Shown here piece after piece: positions 17,917-28,700 of a DNA stretch of 64,000 bases. The notes under the pieces were generated by a model that had not been told where the DNA came from, did not search any database, and saw only the letters and a list, made by a program, of their open reading frames with translations. The position numbers and the translations under genes were made by a program. Each line of letters begins with the position of its first letter. Position 1 is the stretch's first letter. The DNA lies in assembly GCA_963730935.1 (NCBI GenBank), contig CAVSTP010000003.1, positions 64,001 through 128,000 on the forward strand, read 5' to 3'. Source of the DNA: an uncultured Nitrospiraceae bacterium. GTDB taxonomy: Bacteria; Nitrospirota; Nitrospiria; Nitrospirales; Nitrospiraceae.

Positions 17917-18162
17917 ATGCCTCTGGATCCGGACTGCACTCTCATGCTGGTGGATAAATCCACAGGAAGCCCCGTGCGTTGCCAACGGTGCGAGGGACTA
18001 CTCGTTTACGAAAAGTTCGATGAGCTGAGATATGGGACCGGCGGCCTGTGCCCGGCAACACGGTGCATCAATTGTGGATGTATCGAGGATTCCGTGGTTC
18101 GTGTCAATCGCCTCCACCCTCCTATGGCACAGCGAATGGCGTCTCACGGGATGGTGAGATAG
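17917..18162 (+). CDS. small zinc-ribbon protein
   Basis: RCQRCEGLLV...RCINCGCIED.V...NR. Confidence 0.65.
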   Translation: MPLDPDCTLMLVDKSTGSPVRCQRCEGLLVYEKFDELRYGTGGLCPATRCINCGCIEDSVVRVNRLHPPMAQRMASHGMVR

Positions 18163-18434
18163 GGCGGTGGCGTATTCCTCAGATCCCAATCTGAAGCAAT
18201 GGTTGCGGTTGAAAAGAATCAGCGGCTAGGAGCGCATGGGTGACGGACGTCGCCTGTCTGCCTGCTGAGCATCTGAGAGAGGGTCCCTGGAGCCGCCAGG
18301 GAGGACTCCGTGTGAGATCGCTGTCCCATAAGCGACGAAATGCTAGTTAGAGATTCCGAGAAGACTAGCCGAGCTATCAAGCCCAAGGCAGTGCGTCCTC
18401 CGTGGCCGCACCTGTCCTCAAGGCAGGAGGGGTG

Positions 18435-20363
18435 ATGAATCTTATTCAACCAGTGCGACCATCTCTATCAACAGAGAGTTCGGTACGACGCCTACTCCTG
18501 GTGGATCCCTATCCTCGAAACAATCCCTACCACCTCACGGCATCGGAACGCCGAGCCGTATGGTTTCCAAAACTGAGTTTGCCGGTCATCGCTGCTTATA
18601 CACCTGAGTCCTGGTCCGTCGATCTCGTGGACGAAGCTGTCCAGGATGTCAATTTCGATCATCCCTGTGACCTCGTGGGCATCTCCGTTATGACCTGTTA
18701 CGCCCCCCGCGCCTACGAGATTGCCACGGAGTTCAGGAAGCGAGGGAAGAAAGTTGTGTTGGGTGGTGTTCATCCCACCTATTGTCCGGAAGAAGCTTTG
18801 CAGTTCTGTGACGCGGTAGTGTGCGGTGAGGCTGAAGACCTGTGGCCCGAGGTGATAGCCGACTTCATGGCTGGGGCACTGCAGCGCACATACAAGATGA
18901 CAGCGTTTCCCGCGCTGGACCATTACAAAAGTCCGCGGGTGGAACTGTTGAGTCCCGATGCCTATATGACCCGCCAGTGCAGTTTCACGACGCGCGGCTG
19001 TCATTTTGATTGCGAGTTCTGCAGCGTTTCCCCGTTTAACGGCAAAACCACCCGGCGCCGGCCGGTCGAGGAGGTCATCAAGGAACTGACTCAGGTGAAG
19101 CGGTGGGTCTGCGGGGAACTGGTGGACCGCATGTCGAATGACACCCTCTGGAATGCTTTCCTGACTGGATTGCGCATCCGATTGGGTATCGAAGACGGCA
19201 GTATCGTGGCCTTCGTGGATGACCTCCACAACAGCAACCGGGCCTACTGCCGCGAACTGTGGGCCGCTCTGAAACCCTTGAACATCAAATGGGGCTGCCA
19301 ATCCACGTTGTTCTTGGGTGACGACGAGGACATGGTCAAGCTGGCAGCCGAGAGCGGTTGTGTGTCGGTGTTCGTCGGAATGGAATCACTCGATGAAGGT
19401 GCCTTAGCAGAGACGAATAAGCCGTTTAATCGAGTGGAGAAGTTCTCACAAGAGATCAAGATGTTTCATGATCACGGCATCATGGTGAATCCGGGGATTG
19501 TTTTCGGGTTCGATCACGACGACGAATCGGTGTTCGAGCGAGCCGTGGAGTTTCTCACCAAGAACCAGGTGGAATTGGCCTATTTCAACGTCCTCACGCC
19601 CTTGCCGGGGACGGCACTCTTCGATCGCTACAATGCGGCGGGCCGCATCTTCGACCGCGACTGGGCCAAATATGACGGGAAGCATGTCGTCTATCGTCCT
19701 AGTCGCATGACACCGGAGCAGCTACAGGAAGGATTCTTTTGGGCCAACCATCAGTTCTATTCACTTTCCTCCATCTGGAGACGCCTCTCCGGTACCAGCC
19801 AGCGGTTCGTTCCCCGATTGATCATGAATCGAGAGTTTCGCAGGTTGGTGAAACGATCATGTCCCCCGGGGTCCTTATCGCTAGTCGCGACGGCACTCAG
19901 GACATTGCAAGCAAAACTGCCGACATTACAAGTCGCGCACCTGATTCCGAATGCCTTGCATGTGACGAAAGAGAATCGGGAGGGTGAAATCTCGCATGCC
20001 GAGAATCGCTGGTTGAGCATCAAGGCAAAACGGCATGATCAATGCGCGGCCCTGTTCGTAGATCTCGAGGGGACCTTGGATCAGGCCAGCACGCAAGAAT
20101 TGGTCGAGCGGATCACAGAGGCGGCAAAGCGTGCAAGACTCGACATCATCATCAATTTCGAGCATCTGAAGGACGCTACACCAGAGGCTCTACGGGCATT
20201 GGCCGATAGTGAGTTATGGCGAGCCGTCGTGCCATACGCGAAGATACACTACCGGAAGTTCAAGGCGGCGTTCGAGGCGTCGCTCGATGGACTCTCGATT
20301 CCCCGGCTTAGTCTCTTGGGCGAAGATTTCTCCGAGGCAGGAGTTTCACTGCCGGCGAGGTGA
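18435..20363 (+). CDS. cobalamin-binding radical SAM enzyme with a C-terminal STAS-like domain
   Basis: B12-binding domain (DLVGISVMT, VVLGGVHPT, GEAE), CxxxCxxC in RGCHFDCEFCSV, FVDD, VGMES, LTPLPGT; AGGAGG RBS. Confidence 0.9.
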   Translation: MNLIQPVRPSLSTESSVRRLLLVDPYPRNNPYHLTASERRAVWFPKLSLPVIAAYTPESWSVDLVDEAVQDVNFDHPCDLVGISVMTCYAPRAYEIATEFRKRGKKVVLGGVHPTYCPEEALQFCDAVVCGEAEDLWPEVIADFMAGALQRTYKMTAFPALDHYKSPRVELLSPDAYMTRQCSFTTRGCHFDCEFCSVSPFNGKTTRRRPVEEVIKELTQVKRWVCGELVDRMSNDTLWNAFLTGLRIRLGIEDGSIVAFVDDLHNSNRAYCRELWAALKPLNIKWGCQSTLFLGDDEDMVKLAAESGCVSVFVGMESLDEGALAETNKPFNRVEKFSQEIKMFHDHGIMVNPGIVFGFDHDDESVFERAVEFLTKNQVELAYFNVLTPLPGTALFDRYNAAGRIFDRDWAKYDGKHVVYRPSRMTPEQLQEGFFWANHQFYSLSSIWRRLSGTSQRFVPRLIMNREFRRLVKRSCPPGSLSLVATALRTLQAKLPTLQVAHLIPNALHVTKENREGEISHAENRWLSIKAKRHDQCAALFVDLEGTLDQASTQELVERITEAAKRARLDIIINFEHLKDATPEALRALADSELWRAVVPYAKIHYRKFKAAFEASLDGLSIPRLSLLGEDFSEAGVSLPAR

Positions 20364-20420
20364 CCTCAACTCCGCTGCGAAAACACTCCTTTCACAAAGA
20401 CCGTTCGCACGTTCCGCACT

Positions 20421-21275
20421 ATGTGGTTCTCTTTGACCATATTTGTTGTTCGCCTTCAGACTTGGACAGTCGTCGCGGTCATCATCGCGATGATCGGTCT
20501 CATGGGCTCGCCGGCAGGCACCGCGCCAATTGCGGTGCGGTTTCCGCAGGGCATTGCCCACGGCTTTCTGCTCGTGCGGTCGAGCGCCGGGGAAATCATT
20601 GGCCACGGTGAGATGACTCAGGTCGTCAAAGAGGGAGATCTGCTCGACAGCCGTTTGGTCTTCAATTTCAAGGACGGCTCTCTGCACGATGAGAAAGTGA
20701 CCTTCTCTCAACAGGGTGTGTTTTCGATGCTCCGTTATCACCTGGTGCAGCGAGGCCCGTCGTTTCCGGACCAGATCGAGGTCTCGATCGACCGCAGGAC
20801 GGCGGAATACAAGGTCCGTTCGAGAACGGGGGAGGAAGGGAAGGAAGAGGTGCTGGCCGGAGCCTTGACGCTTCCCAAGGATGTGTACAACGGCATCTTT
20901 GTCACGATGTTGCTGAACCTGCCGAAAGGGGCGAGCGAAATAGTGAACTTTCTCGCCTTCACGCCCGCGCCGGAGATCTTCAAGCTGGAGCTGCAGCTGA
21001 CAGATGAGCAGCACACCGTCCAGATCGGCGAGCTGTCACGGAAGGCGCTGCACTACGTCTTTAAGCCGGACATCGGCATGATTCGGGAGTTGCTCGGTAA
21101 GGCCACCGGCAAGATCCCGTCCCATTTTCACTATGACTGTTGGATCCTGGCCGATGAGGTGCCGAGCTTCGTGCGATTTGAAGGGCCCTTACAACTCATG
21201 GGGCCGGTCGTGCGGATCGAACTGTTGAGCCCCCGTCTGTTGACGAAGCCCGAAGACAAGACGGCCTCGAAATAG
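20421..21275 (+). CDS. conserved secreted beta-rich hypothetical protein
   Basis: Signal-like N-terminus, strong coding bias, PIAVRFPQG.AHGFL and WIL..EVPSFVRFEGPL motifs. Confidence 0.75.
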   Translation: MWFSLTIFVVRLQTWTVVAVIIAMIGLMGSPAGTAPIAVRFPQGIAHGFLLVRSSAGEIIGHGEMTQVVKEGDLLDSRLVFNFKDGSLHDEKVTFSQQGVFSMLRYHLVQRGPSFPDQIEVSIDRRTAEYKVRSRTGEEGKEEVLAGALTLPKDVYNGIFVTMLLNLPKGASEIVNFLAFTPAPEIFKLELQLTDEQHTVQIGELSRKALHYVFKPDIGMIRELLGKATGKIPSHFHYDCWILADEVPSFVRFEGPLQLMGPVVRIELLSPRLLTKPEDKTASK

Positions 21276-21387
21276 CGTTGGGTCAGCAATTTCGCCTGGA
21301 TATATCACCCTCCGCTACGAGCATTCTCCGGATGAGACATCGGTGGTTGTGAGGGGGAATGCCTTTCCTGTTCTTATTTCCTCAAAA

Positions 21388-21403
21388 TGAGCAATTTTGA
21401 CCA
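21388..21403 (+). promoter_or_regulatory. candidate Crp/Fnr-type site TGAGC-AATTTT-GACCA
   Basis: Motif copy 59 nt upstream of ATG 21463; only a weak -10 (GGTACAT) at the expected distance. Confidence 0.6.
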
Positions 21404-21462
21404 GACCAGGATCTGTCTTGTCTGGTACATGTCACTTCAAACTCCGCACGATTTGGTCTTCC

Positions 21463-22071
21463 ATGCCCATCCGTATGACACACGTCCACCATGCCTCCGT
21501 CTTAGGGCTTCTGTTTCTCGCATCCATAGCGCTGCAAGGTTGCTTAGCCATGGTGTGGCTGGGGGCAGTCGGGGTTGATATGACCCGGACCAGCGAGATT
21601 GAATTCCATCCCTTCGAGAATACGTGGATGGTTGAACTGCAAGAGCGGCAGCAGGTGGGACTGATGAAGAGCATCGCCGTGATGCCGTTCGTCGGTGATC
21701 CGGCAATGGCCGAGCGATGGACCGTTGTGCTTCGAGAAATGACCGATCTTCGTATCGTGAGCCCGTCCGATGCCGCCCAGGTGGACTGCGTCCTGAACGG
21801 GAAAGTCGCCGGTCAAGAACCGACGACAACTTTTGTGGGACTGAAGGAGAGTTCCTCCAGGAGACTATATCTGCATCTGGCGACCGACTCAGGGACCCTT
21901 ATGTGGAAGACAGAGCTGCCCTACACGATTGAAAAGGGGGCTAAGAATCTGGATGAGGAAGCTGTGACGAAGGCGCTCCTGACTCATGTGCGCGCGCATG
22001 CCGATGCTATTGGATTAGCTGAACTGGGAGTGGGAAGCCAACAGATTGTGCCACGGTCCCTGCGTAATTGA
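21463..22071 (+). CDS. hypothetical lipoprotein
   Basis: Lipobox LQGC; SIAVMPF strand typical of CsgG/TolB-N-like alpha/beta lipoproteins. Confidence 0.65.
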   Translation: MPIRMTHVHHASVLGLLFLASIALQGCLAMVWLGAVGVDMTRTSEIEFHPFENTWMVELQERQQVGLMKSIAVMPFVGDPAMAERWTVVLREMTDLRIVSPSDAAQVDCVLNGKVAGQEPTTTFVGLKESSSRRLYLHLATDSGTLMWKTELPYTIEKGAKNLDEEAVTKALLTHVRAHADAIGLAELGVGSQQIVPRSLRN

Positions 22072-22192
22072 TTCGACTGTCACACGGCAGCCTTCACCGA
22101 TGGCCGAGACGTTCTCGATGGCGGGGCAATCCGGAAGAACCTCGAATCTGACGAGGCGCTCTATCGCAGGTCGGCGAAGGGGAGACAGTACC

Positions 22193-22390
22193 GTGAAACT
22201 GGAATCCACTCTTGCTGATCGAATCCTGGAAGCTGTGTCTCAGACGCCTGGCTGTCGGATTGAGGACGTGGTCGGCCAATTTCCGGACTTAACGTGGAAT
22301 CAAATTATCCGCGAACTCGGTCGTCTGAGCAGGAACGGTCAATTGCGTCTCATGTTGAATCGTCGAGGGCTTACTGTCCGGGAGCGCTGA
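22193..22390 (+). CDS. small winged-helix-like protein
   Basis: AGGGGAG RBS, GTG start; RILEAV...PGCRIEDVV..FPDLTWNQIIRELGRLSRNGQLRL. Confidence 0.65.
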   Translation: MKLESTLADRILEAVSQTPGCRIEDVVGQFPDLTWNQIIRELGRLSRNGQLRLMLNRRGLTVRER

Positions 22391-22710
22391 TGAGATCGTG
22401 GTGGTGCCATCCTCTCGCTGGCTTGGAAGTTACACCCTGGACGTTTCCTCCCCGATCTTCAAAGAGAGACACGATGTTTCAGCCGCGCTGACTGCCTTTC
22501 TTCGCGCCTCCTGCTGCCTTCCCGCGCCCATAACTGTGCGAGTGGGATCAGAGCGCCGGTTCTCTGCCCTGGCATACCGTGGGACCGGAAGTCCTGTGCA
22601 GTCTGAGCGTGTCTTATGGTCGAGCAGTTCAGCGTTCAAGCCATCTATCAGACGCTTCGTTGCAGTTGATTGTGTGAGCCGAATCCGAGGTTAATCCGGA
22701 GCCCAGGCAG

Positions 22711-25700
22711 ATGGTCCGTTCATCAACGACCCTTGATCCAGAGCTGGAAGAACCGATTCGGGCAGAGCTTTTCGGCGTCGAGCGGCTCGAACAGCATGCT
22801 GAAAGTCTTGCGGCTGCCCAGATCATTACCGGCGCCTTACGGCGTGGCCAGTTACTCACGCCACGAGTCTTGGAGAATGGAAGAGTCTTGGTGAAGTCCT
22901 ACCAGATCATCGCCAGCGCGATCCGGGGAGAGAAAACGATTACCCCTGCAGCCGAATGGTTAGTCGACAACTTTCACATCGTGGATGAACAGCTTCGTGA
23001 GATCATCGACGATTTACCACCTGGGTATTACAGGCAGTTACCCAAACTTGCGTCGGGCCACCTGCAGAATTATCCACGGGTGTTCGGAGTCGCTTGGGCA
23101 TTTGTCGCGCACACGGACAGTCGCTTCGACCCCGACATGCTGCGCCGCTTTGTCGCGGCCTATCAGCGCGTGCAGCCGCTGACGATCGGAGAATTGTGGG
23201 CGGTGGCCATTTCGCTGCGCATCGTACTGGTCGAGAACCTCCGCAGGCTGGCAGAGCGGATCGTTCACAGCCGCGCCGCCCGACTGGAAGCCGACGAACT
23301 GGCGGATAGCCTGCTTGGCGCCGCGGCGTTGGCTCCGGAGCCCGTGCCAACCGCTCTTCGCCGCTTAGAGCACAGACCGTTGGCAACGGCGTTTGCCGTG
23401 CAGCTTGTCCAGCGGCTCCGCGACCTGGACCCCAAGGTGCGCCCGGTGTTGGTATGGCTCGACGAACGCCTTGCCGCGCAGGGCACGACCGCCAACGACA
23501 TCGTGCAGGCGGAGCATCAGCAACAGGCGGCTATGAGCGTCACCGTGCGCAATATCATCACCAGCATGCGGTTGACGTCTGCGTTTGACTGGGCGGTGTT
23601 TTTCGAGAATGTCAGTCTGGTCGATAGGATTCTGCAGCGCGACCCCCGCTATGCCGAGATGGATTTTGTCACCCGGGACACGTACCGCCATGCCATCGAA
23701 GATCTCTCTCGGGGTACGGGGTTCTCCGAAATAGACGTGACCGAACGAATCATGGACCGCGCCAAGCGCGCTGCGGGTGAACCACATGCGAGCGGGGAGC
23801 CTGAGCGGGAGCGGCACATGGATCCCGGCTATTATCTCATTTCCCAAGGACGCCAGGCATTTGAGCGGGAACTCGGCTACAGGGTGACGTGGAAGCGCCA
23901 GATCCGCCGCTGGTATGTCCGGGCTTCGGCACCGGGCTACCTGGGATCGATCACGGTGGTGACCGCCATGGTCATGGCCTTGCCGCTGTGGCAAGCCAGT
24001 GAAGTCAACGTCTCAGCCGCGGGGTTCGCGCTGCTCGCCTTTCTAGCTCTTGTCCCGGCGTCGGATCTAGCCATGGCTCTCATCAATCGTACAGTTATGG
24101 CAATCCTCAAACCGCGACCATTGCCACGTATGGAACTGCGGAACGGCATTCCCAAAGAATTGCGAACGATCGTGGTGGTGCCCACGCTGCTCACAAACTT
24201 ACAGGCCATCGATGAGCAAGTCGAACGATTGGAAGTTCATTACCTGGCGAATTCGGATGATGATCTGCGCTTTGCCCTGCTCTCAGACTGGAGAGACGCC
24301 CCGAGCGAACACATGCCGGGTGACGCCGAACTGCTGAACACTGCAGTGGAGGGTATCGCACGCCTGAATAAGCGGTACGGCTCCGCGTCCGGCGGTGGTT
24401 CGCGCTTCGTGCTGTTTCACCGCAGGCGTGTCTGGAACGAGTCCGAGCACACATGGATGGGGTGGGAACGGAAGCGAGGCAAGCTGCATGAATTGAATCA
24501 ACTGCTTCGCGGATCGACAGGCACGACATTTATCTCTGTCGGCGAGCCTCTGTCCGAGTCTTTTCCTTCTGTCCGGTACGTTATCACGCTTGATGCGGAC
24601 ACCCGGTTGCCCCGCGGAGCCGCGCGACGGTTGATCGGCACCATGGCCCATCCTCTGAACCGGCCTCGGTTTGACCGTCTCGCCGGACGCGTCGTTGAAG
24701 GGTATGGAGTCGTGCAGCCACGGATTACGCCGTCGCTGCCGAGCAACGGTGAGGGCTCAGGTTTTCAAGCGACCTTCTCCGGGCCCAGCGGGATCGATCC
24801 CTACGCCTCGGCCGTTTCTGATGTGTACCAGGATTTGTTTCGGGAAGGGTCCTACACCGGCAAGGGGATTTACGAGATCGATGCCTTCGAGGCGGCATTG
24901 GCGGACAAGGTACCGGACAATTCGATGCTCAGTCACGACCTATTTGAAGGGCTCTTCGCTCGTGCGGCCCTGGCGACCGACATCGAACTGTTCGAAGCCT
25001 TTCCTTCCCATTATGAAGCTGCGGCAGCCAGGCACCACCGATGGGCTCGCGGTGATTGGCAGCTGCTGCCATGGATTCTCGGACGCGGACATGCCCGATC
25101 TGAGACGCGTCGCGCGGTGGCCATTCCCGCGATCGGCCGTTGGAAGATCCTCGACAACCTCCGCCGCACCCTGTCGGCCCCCTTCGCGTTTCTGACCTTG
25201 ATCGTCGGGTGGCTCTTACCGGCGGGATCGCCCTGGGTATGGTCCGGGTTTATTCTTGTCACGATTGCCATTCCGTCACTTTTGTCTTTCGTCCTTGGAC
25301 TCTATCCACGCCGGCGCGGCATTGCCTTGCGCAGTCATACTCGTGGAGCGATCGCCGATCTGAAGTTGGCCGCGACTCAGATCGCTTTGACAGTCACCTT
25401 CCTCCCGTACCAGACCTGGCTCATGTCGGACGCAATTCTTCGTACCCTCGGTCGTCTCCTCATCACGCGGACTCACTTGTTAGAGTGGGTGACCGCGGCA
25501 CAGGCCGAGGATGCCTACACGCACAAACTGGCAGGGATGTATCGGCGCATGGGAGGCGGCATCGTTCTCACCGTCGCGGCTGCCTGTGGAGTTGTAGTGT
25601 TTGGGTCGTACGAGTCCTGGGCTGCCGCGGCCCCGTTCATCCTGCTCTGGCTGGCATCTCCTGCCGTTGCACGCTGGGTCAGTTTGCCTCTGCGGCTCAC

Positions 25701-28700
25701 CGGGGCCGGACCGGTCTCGCCAGGCGATGCCCGGACGCTGCGATTGATTGCGCGCCGGACCTGGCGGTTCTTCGAGACGTTTGTGTCACCGGAGGACCAT
25801 GCGCTGCCACCCGATAACTTTCAAGAAGATCCCAAAGCAGTCGTGGCCCATCGAACGTCGCCCACCAATATAGGGCTCTATCTGCTCTCTACCCTGGTCG
25901 CCCGTGACCTTGGTTGGCTGGGTACCATGGAGGCAGCCGAACGGTTGGAAGCTACGCTAGCGACCATGAACCAACTCGTGCTGTTTCACGGACACTTCTA
26001 CAACTGGTACGACACGCGCACCCTCAATCCGCTGGAGCCGAAGTATGTGTCTTCCGTGGATAGCGGCAATCTTGCGGGACATCTGGTGGCCCTGGGCAAC
26101 GGATGCCGTGAATTGATTCAACAATCACCCGTCGAAGGCGACTTGTTTGCTGGAATGGACGATGCTATCGCGTTGCTACGCGAAGCTCTTGCCGATATTC
26201 CGGATCAGCAAGGGACGCATACCGTCACGCGGAAACAACTCAGTCAGGCCGTCGATGTGCTGGCCACGTCGCTGCTGTCGCGGCCGGTCGATGCCGCCGG
26301 CTGGACCACCCGGTTTGCCCAACTGTCCGCTTGGTCCCATACCGTCGCAGATATGGCACAGGCGTTGGCTCAGGAGCGCGCAGATGGGCCCCATAGCGAG
26401 TTGCTCATCTGGGCCGATGCGGTCAGATCCTGTGTCGAGAGCCATCTCCGAGACATGGAGCTGTCGCTTCCATGGGTCCGCTTGAGTAGGAAAGATCTTG
26501 CCGCCATGTTCGACCGTCCGGCCGGGTTGGTGCCTGAGTGGGCGACCATTGCGCCGTTCTTTCATCCCGTTCCCACGTTGGCGACCGCCCCTGAACGTTT
26601 CACGGCCGCGCTCCGTGCGCTCGACCGTTTGCGGGAAGACTCGCTCAGCAATCCGTCACAGAATCGGCCCAGTTTGACAAGGATCGCCCTGCTGGCTGAC
26701 GCCATACAGCAATCAGCCGCGGATGCCGCTGCACTCATCCGCCGTCTCACAATCATCACGCAGACAGTGGAGCAGATGGCTCGCGCCATGGACTTTACGT
26801 TCCTCTTCGATCCGACGCGCAAGCTGTTGTCCATCGGCTACCGCGTAACCGAGAACAGCTTGGAACCCAACTGCTACGACTTGCTTGCATCGGAAGCCCG
26901 GCTGGCAAGTTTTATGGCTATCGCCAAGGGCGACGTGCCGTCATCGCACTGGTTTCACCTGGGCCGTGCTCTGACGCCCGTGGAAAATGGTGCGGCCCTG
27001 ATCTCATGGTCCGGTTCCATCTTCGAATACCTCATGCCGGCCTTGGTGATGCGTTTTCCGGCAGGCAGTTTGCTGAGTCGGACGTATGAGCTGATCGTCC
27101 GTCGGCAGATTCAATACGGTGAAGAACGCGGCGTCCCCTGGGGCGTCTCGGAGTCGGCCTATAACGCGCGCGATCTCGACCTGACGTACCAGTACTCCAG
27201 CTTTGGTGTGCCCGGCCTGGGACTCAAGCGCGGACTCATCGACGATGTCGTCGTCGCGCCATACGCTGCGGCACTCGCGGCCATGATCGATCCCGCGGCC
27301 GCGACGCAAGACTTTGCCCGACTCGCCGAGGCCGGCGGCAGGGGATCCTACGGGTTTTATGAGGCACTGGACTACACCGGCACGCGGGTGCCCGAAGGAA
27401 AAGACGTCGCCATTGTGAGGGCCTATATGTCGCATCATCAGGGCATGTCGTTGGTTGCGATCGCCAATGTCCTGAACGATGGAGTGATGAGGAACCGTTT
27501 CCACGCCGAGCCGATGGTGAGGGCCACCGAACTCCTGCTCCAGGAACGTACGCCGCACGACGTGCCGGTGGCGCGGCCACGCGCGGAAGAAGTCTCTGCA
27601 GTAGCACAAATCCGCGACCTCATTCCGCCGGTGTTGCGGCGATTCACCTCTCCACATGAGGCGACCCCGCGGACACATCTGCTGTCCAACGGCAGGTATG
27701 CCGTCATGCTGACCGCGGCAGGTTCGGGGTATAGCCGGTGGCGGGATATAGCGGTCACGCGTTGGCGTGAGGACGCCACGCGGGACTGCTGGGGCTCCTA
27801 TATGTTTCTTCGCGACACGCAGACTGGCTACGTGTGGTCGGCCGGCTATCAGCCCAGCGGCGTCGAAGCCGACGACTATGAGGTGTCCTTTTCTGAAGAA
27901 CGGGTGGAGATTATCCGGCGGGATGGCGATTGGAGCACGACGCTCGAGGTCGTGGTGTCGTCCGAAGATGATGCTGAAGTGCGGCGCATTTCTGTGACCA
28001 ATATGGGGACAGGAGCGCGCGATTTACAGGTCACCTCTTATGCCGAGTTGTCCCTGGCTCCACAGGCCGTCGATGTGGCCCATCCGGCCTTCGCGAATCT
28101 GTTTGTTCAAACGGAATTCGTGCCGGAGACCGGCGCATTGCTCGCCACGCGCCGCAAGCGGTCGGATGAGGAAGCGACGGTGTGGGCTGCTCAGGTGGTG
28201 GTCGTCGAAGGCGACACCGTGGGTGAACTGCAATATGAAACGGATCGCGCCCGGTTTCTCGGACGCGGGCACCATGTCCGTACAGCTGTCTCGATGATCG
28301 ATGGGCGGCCGCTCTCGAATACCGTTGGGTCCGTGCTCGATCCAGTGCTGAGCTTGCGCCGCACGGTCCGAGTACTCCCCGGCGAGACTGTACGCGTCGT
28401 GTTTTCGACCATCGTTGGCCAGACCCGCGATCAGGTGTTGGATCTAGCCGACAAGTACAGCGACCCGCGAGTGTTTGAACGTGCCATGTCGCTGGGGTGG
28501 ACGCAGACGCAAGTCCAACTCCATCACCTCGGTATCGGAACTGACGAAGCGCAATTGTTCCAGCGACTGGCCAATGCGGTGCTGTATTCCGATGCATCGC
28601 TGCGTCCCTCTTCCGAGACACTCGGTCACAGCACAGTGGAACGTACGGCGCTGTGGGCACATGGGATCTCGGGCGATCTGCCCATCGTACTGGCTTGCAT

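Noticed and set aside
18340..18375. Cobalamin riboswitch (CCGAGAAGACTAGCC loosely resembles the B12 box)
   Set aside because: The other conserved core elements (GGGAA, GCCCCCGC.ACTGT, GCCACTG) are not recognisable.
979..21403. TTGACC inside the repeated box read as a sigma70 -35 element
   Set aside because: The distance to the -10-like hexamers is 22-23 nt, too long for the usual 16-18, and the conserved left half-site would be unexplained.
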